DNA from: Candidatus Multivorans sp. | Lineage (GTDB): Bacteria; Acidobacteriota; Thermoanaerobaculia; Multivoradales; Multivoraceae | DNA length: 64,000 nucleotides | NCBI GenBank assembly: GCA_965224025.1 | Contig: OZ245033.1 | Location: forward strand, 1,632,001-1,696,000 | Direction: 5' to 3' | Part shown: positions 53,392 through 63,777 of the stretch, in pieces | Layout: each line of letters starts with the position of its first letter | Position numbering within the stretch: the stretch's first letter is position 1 | Position numbers and translations under genes: made by a program | The notes under the pieces: model-generated | Database searches by the model: none | What the model was told of the DNA's origin: nothing | What the model saw: the letters and a program-made list of their open reading frames with translations, nothing else

Positions 53392-54897
53392 TCAGATGCT
53401 AGCAACTCGGTCGAGCCCCTCGAACCGCTTCTGCAACCTCTTCATCCGCTTGCCCGAAATGCCGCCGAGCGCCTCGATGGCGCGGCGGATGCGGGCCCGC
53501 ACGAGATCAGGGCCAAGAATCTCCATCGACTGGAACAACGGCAGCGAGGCCGTCTCGCCCGACATGGCGACGTAGAAGGGTCGGGTCAGGTCGCGCAGGC
53601 TGAGCCCCAGGGCCTCCGACAGGCGCCGGAATCGGCCTTGGATGACGTCGGCAGTGAAGGTCTGCTCACGCTCCAGCACCCAAAGCACGCACTGCAACGC
53701 TTCGGCAACCTGGGCCTCTTCGAGACCTTTGACGGCCAGCTTCTCCCGATCGACCAGCGGCGCGTCGACGAACAGGAAGTTCGTGAGCCGGCCCCAGTCG
53801 CCCAGGGTCTCGAGCCGCGGCTGGGCCAGGGCGGCGATCGCCGCGAGCCGCTCCTCCCCCATCGACCACTCGCGCACGAGCGCCGCCAAGCCCTCCGCGT
53901 CGTAGTCCTCGCGCAGGTAGCGGGCGTTCAGCCAGCGCAGCTTGTCGAGGTCGAAGACGGGGCCGCCGAGCGAGATGTCTTCCAAGGTGAAGCCGTCCGC
54001 GAGCCGGTCGAAACCGAATTTCTCCTCGCCCTCCGAGCGGCTCGACACCATCAGGCCAAGGAAGTTGAGCAGCGCCTGGGGCAGGAAGCCCGCGTCCCGA
54101 AACCAGGTGATCGAGGTCGGGTTGCGCCGCTTGGAGAGCTTGGAACGGTTCGCGTCGTTGTTACGCAACAGGGGCAGGTGGCAGAACGTCGGCGGCTCGT
54201 AGCCGAGCGCCTCGTAGAGCCGCAGGTGCTTCGGCAGGGAGTTGATCCACTCTTCGCCGCGGATCACGTGGCTGATCGCCATTGCGTGATCGTCGACCAC
54301 GCACGCGAGGTGGTAGGTCGGGTGCCCGTCGGCCTTCAGGATCACCTGGTCGTCGATCAGTTCCCACTCGCGCCGGATCTCGCCGCGCAACAGGTCGTGC
54401 ATCACGCATTCGCCCTCGGTGGGCATCCCGATTCGCACGACGTGCTCTTCGCCGGCGGCGGCTCTCCGCTCCGCCTCTTCTGGCGAGAGGCTCCGGCAGC
54501 GCCGGTCGTAGCCGGGGAAGCGCTGCTGCGCGCGGTTCTCGCGCCGCATCTCGTCCAGCCGCTCCCGGGTGCAGAAGCAGCGGTAGGCGCTGCCCTCGGC
54601 AAGCAGCCGGTCGACCTCGGCGCGGTACGACTCCAGGCGTTCGCTCTGGCGGTATGGGCCCTCGTCCCAGTTCAGACCCAGCCAGCGCAGGGCGTCGAGG
54701 ATCGCGGCCTCCGACGCACGGGTCGAGCGGGCGCGGTCCGTGTCCTCGATCCGCAGCACGAAGGCGCCGCCGCAGCTGCGCGCGAAGGCCAGGTTGACCA
54801 GCGCCTGGTAGGCGGTGCCGACGTGCGGGTCGCCGGTCGGCGACGGCGCTACGCGCACCCGTACTGGAGCACTGGCCCCGAGTCCCGAATCACTCAT
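53392..54897 (-). CDS. gltX: Glutamate--tRNA ligase
   Basis: APSPTGDPHVGT, LRIEDTD, GPYRQSER, HVIRGEEW, KLSKR. Confidence 0.96.
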   Translation of the reverse strand: MSDSGLGASAPVRVRVAPSPTGDPHVGTAYQALVNLAFARSCGGAFVLRIEDTDRARSTRASEAAILDALRWLGLNWDEGPYRQSERLESYRAEVDRLLAEGSAYRCFCTRERLDEMRRENRAQQRFPGYDRRCRSLSPEEAERRAAAGEEHVVRIGMPTEGECVMHDLLRGEIRREWELIDDQVILKADGHPTYHLACVVDDHAMAISHVIRGEEWINSLPKHLRLYEALGYEPPTFCHLPLLRNNDANRSKLSKRRNPTSITWFRDAGFLPQALLNFLGLMVSSRSEGEEKFGFDRLADGFTLEDISLGGPVFDLDKLRWLNARYLREDYDAEGLAALVREWSMGEERLAAIAALAQPRLETLGDWGRLTNFLFVDAPLVDREKLAVKGLEEAQVAEALQCVLWVLEREQTFTADVIQGRFRRLSEALGLSLRDLTRPFYVAMSGETASLPLFQSMEILGPDLVRARIRRAIEALGGISGKRMKRLQKRFEGLDRVASI

Positions 54898-56255
54898 CCG
54901 CGCACCTTCCCCCGGTAGTCCTCGAGCCGCCGCCGGAGCGGTCGAAGCTCCGCCTCGCCGGTTCCGGCCCGCTCCAGTGTTTCGATCACCTGCTCGATCC
55001 GCCGTCCCGCGTCATCGTAGAGACCGGCGCCTCCCAGGGCGTCGGCCAGTTCCAATTGAAGCTGGACCATCAGATCACGCAGGTAGGGGTCGGAGGCGCC
55101 GGCGGCGGCCGCCCGGTCCAGCCGCTCGAGTGCGCGGCCGACATCGTTCGCCCTCATCGCCAGCATCGTGGTCACGAGCAGCATGTGAACGTCGGCGGGA
55201 TCGTCCGCCAGCACCCGCTCCGCCTCGACCGCCGCCTGCTCGAAACTCCCCAGCTTGAACAGGGCGCCTGCCAGCACCGCACGGCCGCCGGCCAGGTCGG
55301 CGTCGATCTCGAGCGCGCGCCGCGCCGAGGCCGCCGCTTCCCGGGAACGGTTCATCCGGTCGTAGACGCCGGCGGCGGCGAAGTGGGCCTGAGCGTTGCC
55401 GGGTTCGAACTCGATCAACCGGAGGAGTTCCGCGAGCGAGGCCCGCAACTGGCCGGTCTCCCGGTAGGTCTTGCTGCGCCGAAGAAAGCTCTCCGAGTCC
55501 ACGGCCAGAACGTCGACTTCGGCCCGGCGCGGATCGCGGTGGTGGATCATCGGCGGCAGCCCGCGCGCCGCCTGCGCCAGCCGCCGTGCGCCGTCCCGAT
55601 CGCCTGCCCGGTGCCGGGCGCGCGACAGCGTGGCCACGATCGCCTGGGTTTCGGGAGTCAGTTCGTACGCGCGTTCGAGATGTCGCACGGCCTGGTCGAC
55701 CTCGCCGCGGGCGAGCGCCAATCGGCCCAGGCCGAGATGCGCCACCGCGTTGTCGGGCGCCAGGCGGGCCGCCTGCTGGTAGTGGGTTTCCGCTTCACGC
55801 GCCTCGCCCACCTTCTCAAGGCTCGCGGCGAGCCGGACGCGGGCGGGCGCGTAGCCCGGATCGATTTCGACGGCCCGCCGGTAGAGGCCGACCGCGGCAA
55901 CCGGATCGTGGGCATCGGCGAGGACCGCTCGCAGGTAGACCCAGCGAAAATCAGCGGGCGCGAAGCGCGAGGCCTTTGTGTAGGCGAACTCGGCCTCCTC
56001 GTCGAACTGGTGGGCGTGGAGGACCATGCCGAGACGGCCCCAGGCCGCAGGCGACTCGGGTTTGCTGCGGGCGGTGGCGAGTTGGGTCTCGATCGCGGTG
56101 CGGACGCGGGGTTCGACGGCGGTGAGGTCGGGGGTTGGGAGTTCGGCGGCTTGGGCGGCGGCGGCGAGGAGGAGAATCGTTACGCCGGTGCCAAACCACC
56201 GGATGCGGGCGAGACGCCCGGGTTCCCAGGGGCCGATGCGGGCCACAGCCGTCAC
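54894..56255 (-). CDS. Tetratricopeptide repeat protein (secreted)
   Basis: Signal peptide; multiple TPR motifs (AWGRLG, AHLGLG, AHFAAA). Confidence 0.85.
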   Translation of the reverse strand: MTAVARIGPWEPGRLARIRWFGTGVTILLLAAAAQAAELPTPDLTAVEPRVRTAIETQLATARSKPESPAAWGRLGMVLHAHQFDEEAEFAYTKASRFAPADFRWVYLRAVLADAHDPVAAVGLYRRAVEIDPGYAPARVRLAASLEKVGEAREAETHYQQAARLAPDNAVAHLGLGRLALARGEVDQAVRHLERAYELTPETQAIVATLSRARHRAGDRDGARRLAQAARGLPPMIHHRDPRRAEVDVLAVDSESFLRRSKTYRETGQLRASLAELLRLIEFEPGNAQAHFAAAGVYDRMNRSREAAASARRALEIDADLAGGRAVLAGALFKLGSFEQAAVEAERVLADDPADVHMLLVTTMLAMRANDVGRALERLDRAAAAGASDPYLRDLMVQLQLELADALGGAGLYDDAGRRIEQVIETLERAGTGEAELRPLRRRLEDYRGKVRG

Positions 56256-57997
56256 CGGCCTTCTCCGCGTGCCAGCACAACCTCGCTGCCGCTCTCGGCG
56301 CCGTCGAACTCCTCGACCTCGCCGCCGGGCCAGGTCACCTCGAAGCGCTCTACTCCCGCGGCGTCGCCGAGTCCGATGTGAACAGGCGCTTCGCCGCCGG
56401 TCAGGTAGCCGCCCAACGGCAGCACGCGGCGCCGAACCGGGCGGCCGGCGATCCAGGCGACGACCGAGGCGCCGAAGACAGTGCGCCGCAGGTCGGGATC
56501 GACCACCCGCAGACTCACCCAGCCGGCCGGGCCTGCGGTCGACTCGTTCCGGTAGATGCGCGCCGGCCCCTCCAGGTTGCTGACCAGGAGGTCGAGGTCG
56601 CCGTCGCCCTCCAGGTCGAACGGCACCAGACCGCGGCCGACGTCGAGCGCCGCGCCGTAGTCACCCGAGGCGGCGCTGACATCGGCGAAGGCGCCCGCGC
56701 CGTCACCCAGCATCAGCAGGTTCGGTTCGGCATAGCCGCGCCAGAACCAGTCGTCACGGTTCGAGAGCGCGGCCGGCCGCCGCTTCACCGCGCCGTTGAC
56801 CACGGCGAGGTCGAGGTCACCGTCGTTGTCGGCGTCGAAGAACGCGGAGCCGAAGCCCGTGTAGGGCGTACTCGGCGCGGCCAAACCGGCCTCCGCGGCC
56901 CGGTCGTCGAAACCGTCGGAGGCGCCCGGTGCGCCCCCAAGGTTCACGTACAGAGTGTTCGTCTCCTCGATCAGGTGGCTCAGAAACAGGTCGAGGTCCC
57001 GGTCGCCGTCGATGTCACCCAGCGCAATGCCCATGCCCGCCTCGCCGACACCGAACCGATTGTAGGCCGCTCCGAGCAGCACCGCGTCGTCCTCGAAGGT
57101 CCCGTCGCCCCGGTTGATCCAGAGCTGGTTCGGGTCGGCGTCGTTCGCAACGTACACGTCGGGCCGGCCGTCGTCGTCGAAGTCGGCGGCTGCGGCGCCC
57201 AGGCCGGCGTCCGCGATCAACGACACACCGGCATCCCGGCTGCGGTCGACGAAGCGCCGCCCCCCCTCGTTGACGTAGAACACATCCGCCTCGCCCTCGA
57301 ACTGCTGCGGGCCGCAGTAGTCGACCCGTCCGCCCTGCACCTGGCACTCGCGCCCCTCGTTCCACTGGACGTAGCGGGCCACGTAGAGATCGAGCCAGCC
57401 GTCGAGGTTCGGGTCGAAGAACACGGCCGAGGTCGACCACTCGGGCGTCGCCAGGCCGAGCGCCGCCGTCGCGTCGACGAAGCGGCCGCCGCCCTCGTTC
57501 CGGTAGAGCACGTCGGCGCCGAAGTTCGTCACGTAGAGGTCGAGGTCGCCGTCGTTGTCGATGTCGGCCACAGCGGCGCCCATGCCGTAGCCCGGGTTGT
57601 CGAGCCCGGATCCGTCCGTAGCGTCGACGAGGCGGCCGCGCGGCCGCTGCAGGTAGAGCCGGTTGCGCCCCGACTCGCCGGCGACGCCGCTGCCCGCGTT
57701 CGGGAAATAGAGGTCGAGCAGACCGTCGCCGTCGGCATCGAAGACCGCCACGCCGCCGCCCATGATCGCCGGCATCGGGTACGACCCCGCCGAACCCGTG
57801 GCGTGGACGAAGTCGAGTCCGGTCTCGGCGGTCACGTCGACGAAGCGGACGCCGGCCGGCGGCGCCGCGTCTTTCGGCGCGGACGGAGCCTCGGCTGTGA
57901 CGGAGGCCGGATCCCCGTCCGCCTGGGTGCAGCTCCAAGCCGCCGACAACGTGGCGCCGAGGACGAGAGGCCCCTTCCACGCAACCGTGGAGATCAT
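56252..57997 (-). CDS. CRTAC1-family FG-GAP / ASPIC-UnbV protein
   Basis: Repeated DxDxDGxxDL motifs; C-terminal GGYL...HIGLG...VTWPGG. Confidence 0.9.
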   Translation of the reverse strand: MISTVAWKGPLVLGATLSAAWSCTQADGDPASVTAEAPSAPKDAAPPAGVRFVDVTAETGLDFVHATGSAGSYPMPAIMGGGVAVFDADGDGLLDLYFPNAGSGVAGESGRNRLYLQRPRGRLVDATDGSGLDNPGYGMGAAVADIDNDGDLDLYVTNFGADVLYRNEGGGRFVDATAALGLATPEWSTSAVFFDPNLDGWLDLYVARYVQWNEGRECQVQGGRVDYCGPQQFEGEADVFYVNEGGRRFVDRSRDAGVSLIADAGLGAAAADFDDDGRPDVYVANDADPNQLWINRGDGTFEDDAVLLGAAYNRFGVGEAGMGIALGDIDGDRDLDLFLSHLIEETNTLYVNLGGAPGASDGFDDRAAEAGLAAPSTPYTGFGSAFFDADNDGDLDLAVVNGAVKRRPAALSNRDDWFWRGYAEPNLLMLGDGAGAFADVSAASGDYGAALDVGRGLVPFDLEGDGDLDLLVSNLEGPARIYRNESTAGPAGWVSLRVVDPDLRRTVFGASVVAWIAGRPVRRRVLPLGGYLTGGEAPVHIGLGDAAGVERFEVTWPGGEVEEFDGAESGSEVVLARGEGR

Positions 57998-58707
57998 CAG
58001 TTCACCCCGACGGCCGTCTCTGCCTCCAGCCGGCGGCGCCGGCGGGCATAGCGCTGGATCATTCCCAGCATCGTCCCCTCGTCGTGGATGCCGCAAAGCG
58101 GAAAGGCATCGAACATCAGTGTCGGCGCCCCCTCGACGCCCGCCGCAACCGCGCTCCTCGTCGCTGCCGCCAAGCGGCGGCCGGCGGCCAGGTCGTCGAT
58201 CGAGGCGACGCCATGCGTCCCGAAGTGGCCGCGGCGCTCGAAGTCGTGGAAGAGGTGTTCGACAGCGCCACCCTGCTCGTAGAACGCCGCGAACGCGGCC
58301 TGCCGCCACTCCCGTTCGACGGTCGGGTCGAGTCCTCGATCGATGGCGGCGTCAAGTGTCACCGCCACCTCGCCGGCGAGCCGCGAGTCCGGCCAGCGAG
58401 CGGGCGGGTCGAGTTCGACATGAAGCGCCGCCGAGACCTCGATCAGACTCCGCCGACGCTCGGGATCGAGCAACCGCCCGCGCTGGAAGCGGCCGATTCC
58501 GGTCAGATCGATCGCCTTCCAGCGCAGCTCGATCCGTTCCTCCGCAAGCTCCTGGTCGATGCGCGCCAACACCCGGTGGGCGACGTAACTCAGGCAGGAG
58601 GCGAAGTCGTAATAGACGAACACCTCAAGCGGCGAATCGCCAGAGCCCCGTGTCTCTTCCTCGCTCAAGTCCCGTACCCTTCCGGGTTCTCGCTCTGCCA
58701 CCGCCAC
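57997..58707 (-). CDS. DsbA/FrnE-like thioredoxin-fold protein
   Basis: YYDFASCLSY at the CxxC position; GVEGAPT cis-Pro loop. Confidence 0.75.
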   Translation of the reverse strand: MAVAEREPGRVRDLSEEETRGSGDSPLEVFVYYDFASCLSYVAHRVLARIDQELAEERIELRWKAIDLTGIGRFQRGRLLDPERRRSLIEVSAALHVELDPPARWPDSRLAGEVAVTLDAAIDRGLDPTVEREWRQAAFAAFYEQGGAVEHLFHDFERRGHFGTHGVASIDDLAAGRRLAAATRSAVAAGVEGAPTLMFDAFPLCGIHDEGTMLGMIQRYARRRRRLEAETAVGVN

Positions 58708-59690
58708 GCGTCGGCGCAGATGTCATCGAGATCGCGCTCCGCCTTCCAGCCCAGGTCGCGTTCGGCAAGCGCCGGATCCGCCCAGACCGCCGTCGCGTCA
58801 CCCGGCCGCCGCGACTCCACGACGCATGGCACCTCGCGGCCGCTGGCCCGGCGCACGGCCTCGATCACCTCGAACACCGTGGCGCCCCGACCGGTGCCCA
58901 GGTTGTACTCGGCGCAGTTGGCAACGGCCTGGAGATGGTCCAGGGCCCGCAGGTGCCCGCTCGCGACGTCGACCACGTGGAGATAGTCCCGGATCGCCGT
59001 GCCGTCCCGGGTCGGGTAGTCCGTCCCGAACACGCGGAGCTGCGGCATCGTGCCGACGGCGACCTGCATCGCGCTCGGCAGCAGGTTCTCGGGCAGCCCG
59101 CGCGGGTCCTCACCGATTCGGCCGCTCGGATGGGCGCCGGCGGGGTTGAAGTAGCGCAGCGACAGGATCTGCCAGCCGCTTTCTGACGCAGCGAGATCGC
59201 GCAGCATCCGCTCGACGCAGAGCTTCGTGCGCCCGTAGGGATTGGACGGCCTGAGCGGGGCATCTTCCGCCAGTGGGCAGGCGCCCGGACCCGGATCACC
59301 GTAGACAGTGGCCGATGAGGAGAACACGAGCCGGCGCACACCATGACGCCGCATTGCCCGCAGCAGACTGAGCGTGCCGCCCACGTTGGTGCGGTAGTAG
59401 CCGAGTGGATCCGCGCAGGACTCCCCGACCGCCTTCTTCGCCGCGAAGTGAATCACCGCCGCGCAGCCGCCGTCGCCAAACGCCTCCTCCAGCGCCGCGT
59501 CGTCCAGTACGTCCCCCTCGACGAAGCGGAGCCCGCGTCCGGCTAGTTCCTCAGCCCGCCGCAGAGCCTCCCGTGAGCTGTTCGAGAGATCGTCGATGAC
59601 CGTCACGTCCCAGCCGGCAGCCAGCAGTTCGACACACGTGTGGCTGCCGATGAACCCGGCGCCGCCGGTGACCAGAACGCGCTCCGCCAT
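58665..59690 (-). CDS. galE: UDP-glucose 4-epimerase
   Basis: [47 protein letters not shown]. Confidence 0.96.
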   Translation of the reverse strand: MAERVLVTGGAGFIGSHTCVELLAAGWDVTVIDDLSNSSREALRRAEELAGRGLRFVEGDVLDDAALEEAFGDGGCAAVIHFAAKKAVGESCADPLGYYRTNVGGTLSLLRAMRRHGVRRLVFSSSATVYGDPGPGACPLAEDAPLRPSNPYGRTKLCVERMLRDLAASESGWQILSLRYFNPAGAHPSGRIGEDPRGLPENLLPSAMQVAVGTMPQLRVFGTDYPTRDGTAIRDYLHVVDVASGHLRALDHLQAVANCAEYNLGTGRGATVFEVIEAVRRASGREVPCVVESRRPGDATAVWADPALAERDLGWKAERDLDDICADAWRWQSENPEGYGT

Positions 59691-60134
59691 GAGCCGGAGT
59701 CTATGGGCGGCCGCCCGGCCGGTAGACTGCAACCGAGGCGGCAACATCTCCAGACGTCGGAGCGGTGGCCAAGTGGGTCCAGAGGCGCGAGTAGCCGAGA
59801 TCGCGCGGGCTCTCGCCACGCACGATCCAGGCGCTTGTCGGCCCCTCAAGAGTCAACGTGCGGAAAGCGCGTCTCTGGAACTCAAGCGGCGGCAGCAGTG
59901 TGTCCGTCTCTGGCCCCACAAGCAGATTGGCCAATGAGGCGGCGCCGACGTCGCGACAGCCACGGAACACCCGCCGTTCAAGACGCGATGCCGCATGAGT
60001 CCCTCCCTCTAAAGAGACTACGAATCGACCGAACGACCCGTCTATGCCCTCTCCACCACCGATGGCGCCACCTCCGCCGCACATCCCACGGCGGTGCTAC
60101 GATCGCGCGCCGGATTCTGGGAGGAAACCAAGCC

Positions 60135-61115
60135 ATGCAGACACCCGTTCGAGTCGCCGTCACCGGAGCCGCCGGTCAGATCGGCTATTCCCTGATCTTC
60201 CGCATCGCCGCCGGCGAGATGCTGGGCCCGGACCGGCCGGTGAGCCTTCACCTGCTGGAGATTCCGCCGGCGATGGACGCCCTCGCGGGCGTGGTCATGG
60301 AACTCCGCGATTCCGCGTACGCGCTGCTCCACGATGTGGTGCCCACCTCGGACGCTGCCGAGGCCTTCGACGGCGTCGACATCGCGATGCTGGTCGGGGC
60401 ACGGCCGCGCGGACCGGGCATGGAGCGCAAGGACCTGCTGCGGGCGAACGCGCATATCTTCTCGGTCCAGGGCAAGGCGCTCGACCAGGGCGCCAGCCGT
60501 GACGTACGCGTGGTCGTGGTCGGCAACCCGGCCAACACGAATGCCCTGATCGCGGCCAGCAACGCGCCGAGTCTCGACCGGCGGCAGTTCACGGCGATGA
60601 CCCGGCTCGACCACAACCGGGCGATCAGCCAGCTCGCCGAGAAGACCGGCGCCCACACCGCCGATGTGCGCCGGATGACGATCTGGGGCAACCACTCGGC
60701 GACCCAGTACCCGGACCTCACGCACGCCCTCGCCTTTGGCCGGCCGGCGCCCGAACTGGTCGACGAGGCTTGGACGCGCGAGGAGTTCATTCCCACCGTG
60801 CAGCAGCGCGGCGCGGCGATCATCAAGGCCCGCGGCGCCTCGTCGGCGGCCTCCGCGGCCGCCGCGGCGATCGACCACATCCGCACCTGGGTCCACGGCA
60901 CCGCCGACGGCGACTGGGTGAGCATGGCGATCCCGGCCGACGGCAGCTACGGGGCCCGGGAAGGCGTCGTCTACTCCTTCCCGGTCACCACCAGCGGAGG
61001 CGACTACGAGATCGTCCAGGGCCTCGACATCGACGACTTCAGCCGCGGGCGGATGCAGGCGACGCTGGACGAGTTGTTCGAAGAGCGCGCCGGCGTCGAA
61101 GAATTGCTGCCGTAG
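60135..61115 (+). CDS. mdh: Malate dehydrogenase
   Basis: [47 protein letters not shown]. Confidence 0.97.
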   Translation: MQTPVRVAVTGAAGQIGYSLIFRIAAGEMLGPDRPVSLHLLEIPPAMDALAGVVMELRDSAYALLHDVVPTSDAAEAFDGVDIAMLVGARPRGPGMERKDLLRANAHIFSVQGKALDQGASRDVRVVVVGNPANTNALIAASNAPSLDRRQFTAMTRLDHNRAISQLAEKTGAHTADVRRMTIWGNHSATQYPDLTHALAFGRPAPELVDEAWTREEFIPTVQQRGAAIIKARGASSAASAAAAAIDHIRTWVHGTADGDWVSMAIPADGSYGAREGVVYSFPVTTSGGDYEIVQGLDIDDFSRGRMQATLDELFEERAGVEELLP

Positions 61116-61161
61116 GCGCCGACCGGGACGGCTTCGGTCAGAGTGCGGGCAAGATGCCCGG

Positions 61162-61233
61162 GTGCCATCAGTGCGCCCGATGGCGAGCGCACTGAGTGGT
61201 TCGCGCGTGGCGCGGATCGCGCCACCCGGGTTC
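61162..61233. repeat. Double-hairpin interspersed repeat, copy C
   Basis: Same architecture with compensatory stem changes; adjoined by a CGGGC-AAGAT-GCCCG hairpin at 61146-61160. Confidence 0.8.
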
Positions 61234-61346
61234 CCAGGCAGTTGGGCGGTTCTGCGAGGGAACACTTCTCGCGCTTCATCGGGTTTCCATCATGCGGCGC
61301 TATGCTCGCGCCGAGTCCCCCACTCAACCACCCCACGGAGGACACG

Positions 61347-61874
61347 ATGGACCAGACCCTCCACGCCCGTCTGAATGCACATCTGCAACTCGAGTTCGAG
61401 GCGGCCCACCGCTACCTGTCCATGGCTCTCTGGCTCGAGCGCATGGACCTGCCCGGCTTCGGCACCTGGCTGCGCGGCCAGTCCGCCGACGAACTCGGCC
61501 ACGCGCACCGCATCATCGACCACCTCGCCGACCGCGATCTCCTGGTCAGGATCCCCGAAATCCCGGCGCAGCCCACCGAGTGGGATTCGCCCGAGGCCGC
61601 TGTCGCCGCGATCCTCGACAGCGAGCAGCACGTCACCCGTGCGATTGAGGATCTCTACGATCTCTCCGAGAGCGTCCACGACCGCGCCGCGTCGATCATG
61701 CTCCAGTGGTTCATCAACGAACAGGTCGAAGAGGAGAACGTCGCCCGCACCCTGCTCGGCCGGATACGGCTGGTAGGCGGCGACGGGGTCGGTATGCTGA
61801 TGATCGACCAGGAACTGGCGAAGGGCACGGTGCCCGGCGCCATGGCGGAACCCGGCGCGACCGGCGCCGAATGA
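61347..61874 (+). CDS. Ferritin (non-heme)
   Basis: EFEAAHRYLSMA, DELGHA, EQHVT, LQWFINEQVEEE; GGAGG SD. Confidence 0.92.
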   Translation: MDQTLHARLNAHLQLEFEAAHRYLSMALWLERMDLPGFGTWLRGQSADELGHAHRIIDHLADRDLLVRIPEIPAQPTEWDSPEAAVAAILDSEQHVTRAIEDLYDLSESVHDRAASIMLQWFINEQVEEENVARTLLGRIRLVGGDGVGMLMIDQELAKGTVPGAMAEPGATGAE

Positions 61875-62002
61875 CACCAGGAGCGGAATGAGGTCCGGCA
61901 GTCCGTTGCGAAATCCCGGCGCGGCGTCGAGACCGGCGCGGCGCTCGGCTGACAAGGCGCGACGAGGGAACATACCGGGCTGCATTTGACCAAGGAGCAA
62001 CG

Positions 62003-63661
62003 ATGTCAGACGAGATGAATCGCCGGTCGAATGCAAGCGGGGTTCCGCAACGGATTGCTGGAGACCAGGATCGCCAGAACCCAGCCCCGCAGGCGCCCAG
62101 CCGGCGGTACTCGAACTACGTCCTGGGCGTTCTCGTCCTGGTCTACGTCTTCAACTTCATCGACCGCCAGATCCTCTCCATCCTGGCGGAGGACATCCGC
62201 GCCGATCTGGGGATCGACGACGCCCAACTCGGCTTCCTCTACGGCACCGCGTTCGCCGTCTTCTACGCCATCTTCGGCATTCCGATCGGCCGTCTGGCCG
62301 ACATGTGGACCCGCAAGAACCTGATCTCGATCGGTCTGGCCGCCTGGAGCCTGATGACGGCGCTGTCCGGCACCGCCCGCGGGTTCGGCTCACTCGCCGC
62401 CTACCGGATCGGTGTCGGCATCGGCGAGTCGAGCGCCGGCCCAGCGGCGTTCTCGATGCTGGGGGACTACTACCCGCCGCGGCTGCGCGCCACGGTGACC
62501 GCCATCTACTCGAGCGGCGTCTACATCGGCGCCGGTCTCGGCATCCTGATCGGCGGGCAAGTCGTTGACCGATGGAACAGCGCCTACAGCGACGGCGGGG
62601 CGCCGTTCGGCCTGGTCGGCTGGCAAGTCGCCTTCTTCGCCGTAGGCCTTCCCGGACTCCTCATGGCGATCTGGGTGTGGACCCTGCGCGAGCCCGTACG
62701 GGGCCAGAGCGAGGGCATCGTCACTCCCCCGCACCCGGCACCGTTCAAGGCTCTGGGCCGCGAAACGGCCGCCATCCTGCCGCCGCTGACCGTGTTCTCG
62801 CTGTTCGGCAACGGCGGCACTCGCGCGGTCGGTTCGAACCTGCTGATCGCGCTCGGGTGCGCCGGCGGCTCCTTCCTTCTGATTCAGGTCTTCGGCAGGC
62901 CGTCGCAATGGATCGCACTCGCGATTGGCGCCTACGCTTTCTTCTCCTGGGTACAGGGACTTCGCCTGAGGGACCGGCCGACCTTCGAACTGATCTATGG
63001 CACGCGGTCCATGATCTACGGCATGGTCGGCTTCGGCTGGATCGCGTTCGTCGGCTACGGCGCCGGCTTCTGGGCGCCGACGTTCTTCCGGCGAGTTCAC
63101 GAGCAGAGCGCCGGCCAGGCCGGCCTGATCCTCGGTGTCACGGCCGCCGTCGCAGGCTGGCTTGGCGTGGCCGGCGGCGGCTACTTCTCCGACTGGATGA
63201 AGCAGCGAAAGGCGAACGCCCGGCCGCTATGCGGCGCGATCGCCGCCCTGGCTTCGATACCGCTCGGCGCCGCCTTCTTACTCGCCGAGAGCGTGACCAC
63301 AGCCTACGTCTTCAACTTCCTGTTCACGATCACCTCGGCGTGCTGGATCGGTTCCGCCGTTGCGATGGCCAACGACCTCGTGCTGCCCAGGATGCGCGCC
63401 ACGGCCTCCGCGTTTTACATCCTCACGATGACCTTCGTCGGCCTCGCCCTGGGACCTTTCCTGATGGGCTGGATGAGCGGCACGTTCGAGGCCGGCGGCG
63501 CCGACTCCGGTCGTTCCCTGCAACTGGCCATGCTGATCGGGCTCGGCGCCTACGTCTTGGGCGCGATCTTCTTCTGGCTCGCGAGCCGCACCCTGGCCGC
63601 GGACGAAGGCAGCCGGATCGAGCGCGCCCAGGCTGCCGGCGAAGTCGTCGAGGCGGCCTGA
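62003..63661 (+). CDS. MFS transporter (spinster-like)
   Basis: FNFIDRQIL, GRLAD..RK, RIGVGIGE; many TM helices. Confidence 0.92.
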   Translation: MSDEMNRRSNASGVPQRIAGDQDRQNPAPQAPSRRYSNYVLGVLVLVYVFNFIDRQILSILAEDIRADLGIDDAQLGFLYGTAFAVFYAIFGIPIGRLADMWTRKNLISIGLAAWSLMTALSGTARGFGSLAAYRIGVGIGESSAGPAAFSMLGDYYPPRLRATVTAIYSSGVYIGAGLGILIGGQVVDRWNSAYSDGGAPFGLVGWQVAFFAVGLPGLLMAIWVWTLREPVRGQSEGIVTPPHPAPFKALGRETAAILPPLTVFSLFGNGGTRAVGSNLLIALGCAGGSFLLIQVFGRPSQWIALAIGAYAFFSWVQGLRLRDRPTFELIYGTRSMIYGMVGFGWIAFVGYGAGFWAPTFFRRVHEQSAGQAGLILGVTAAVAGWLGVAGGGYFSDWMKQRKANARPLCGAIAALASIPLGAAFLLAESVTTAYVFNFLFTITSACWIGSAVAMANDLVLPRMRATASAFYILTMTFVGLALGPFLMGWMSGTFEAGGADSGRSLQLAMLIGLGAYVLGAIFFWLASRTLAADEGSRIERAQAAGEVVEAA

Positions 63662-63704
63662 ACGACAAGTTGCCCAACCACCTCCAAGGCCGACATCCCT
63701 CCGG

Positions 63705-63777
63705 GAACCCGGCTGGCGCGCTCCCCGCGCCAGCCGTGAGCCATGCGTGTGCCCGTCAGCGGGCACACGCATGAAAC
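63705..63777. repeat. Double-hairpin interspersed repeat, copy D (overlaps 3' end of last gene)
   Basis: GAACCCGGCTGGCGC-GCTCCCC-GCGCCAGCCG-TGAGCCA-TGCGTGTGCCCG-TCAG-CGGGCACACGCA-TGAAAC. Confidence 0.75.
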
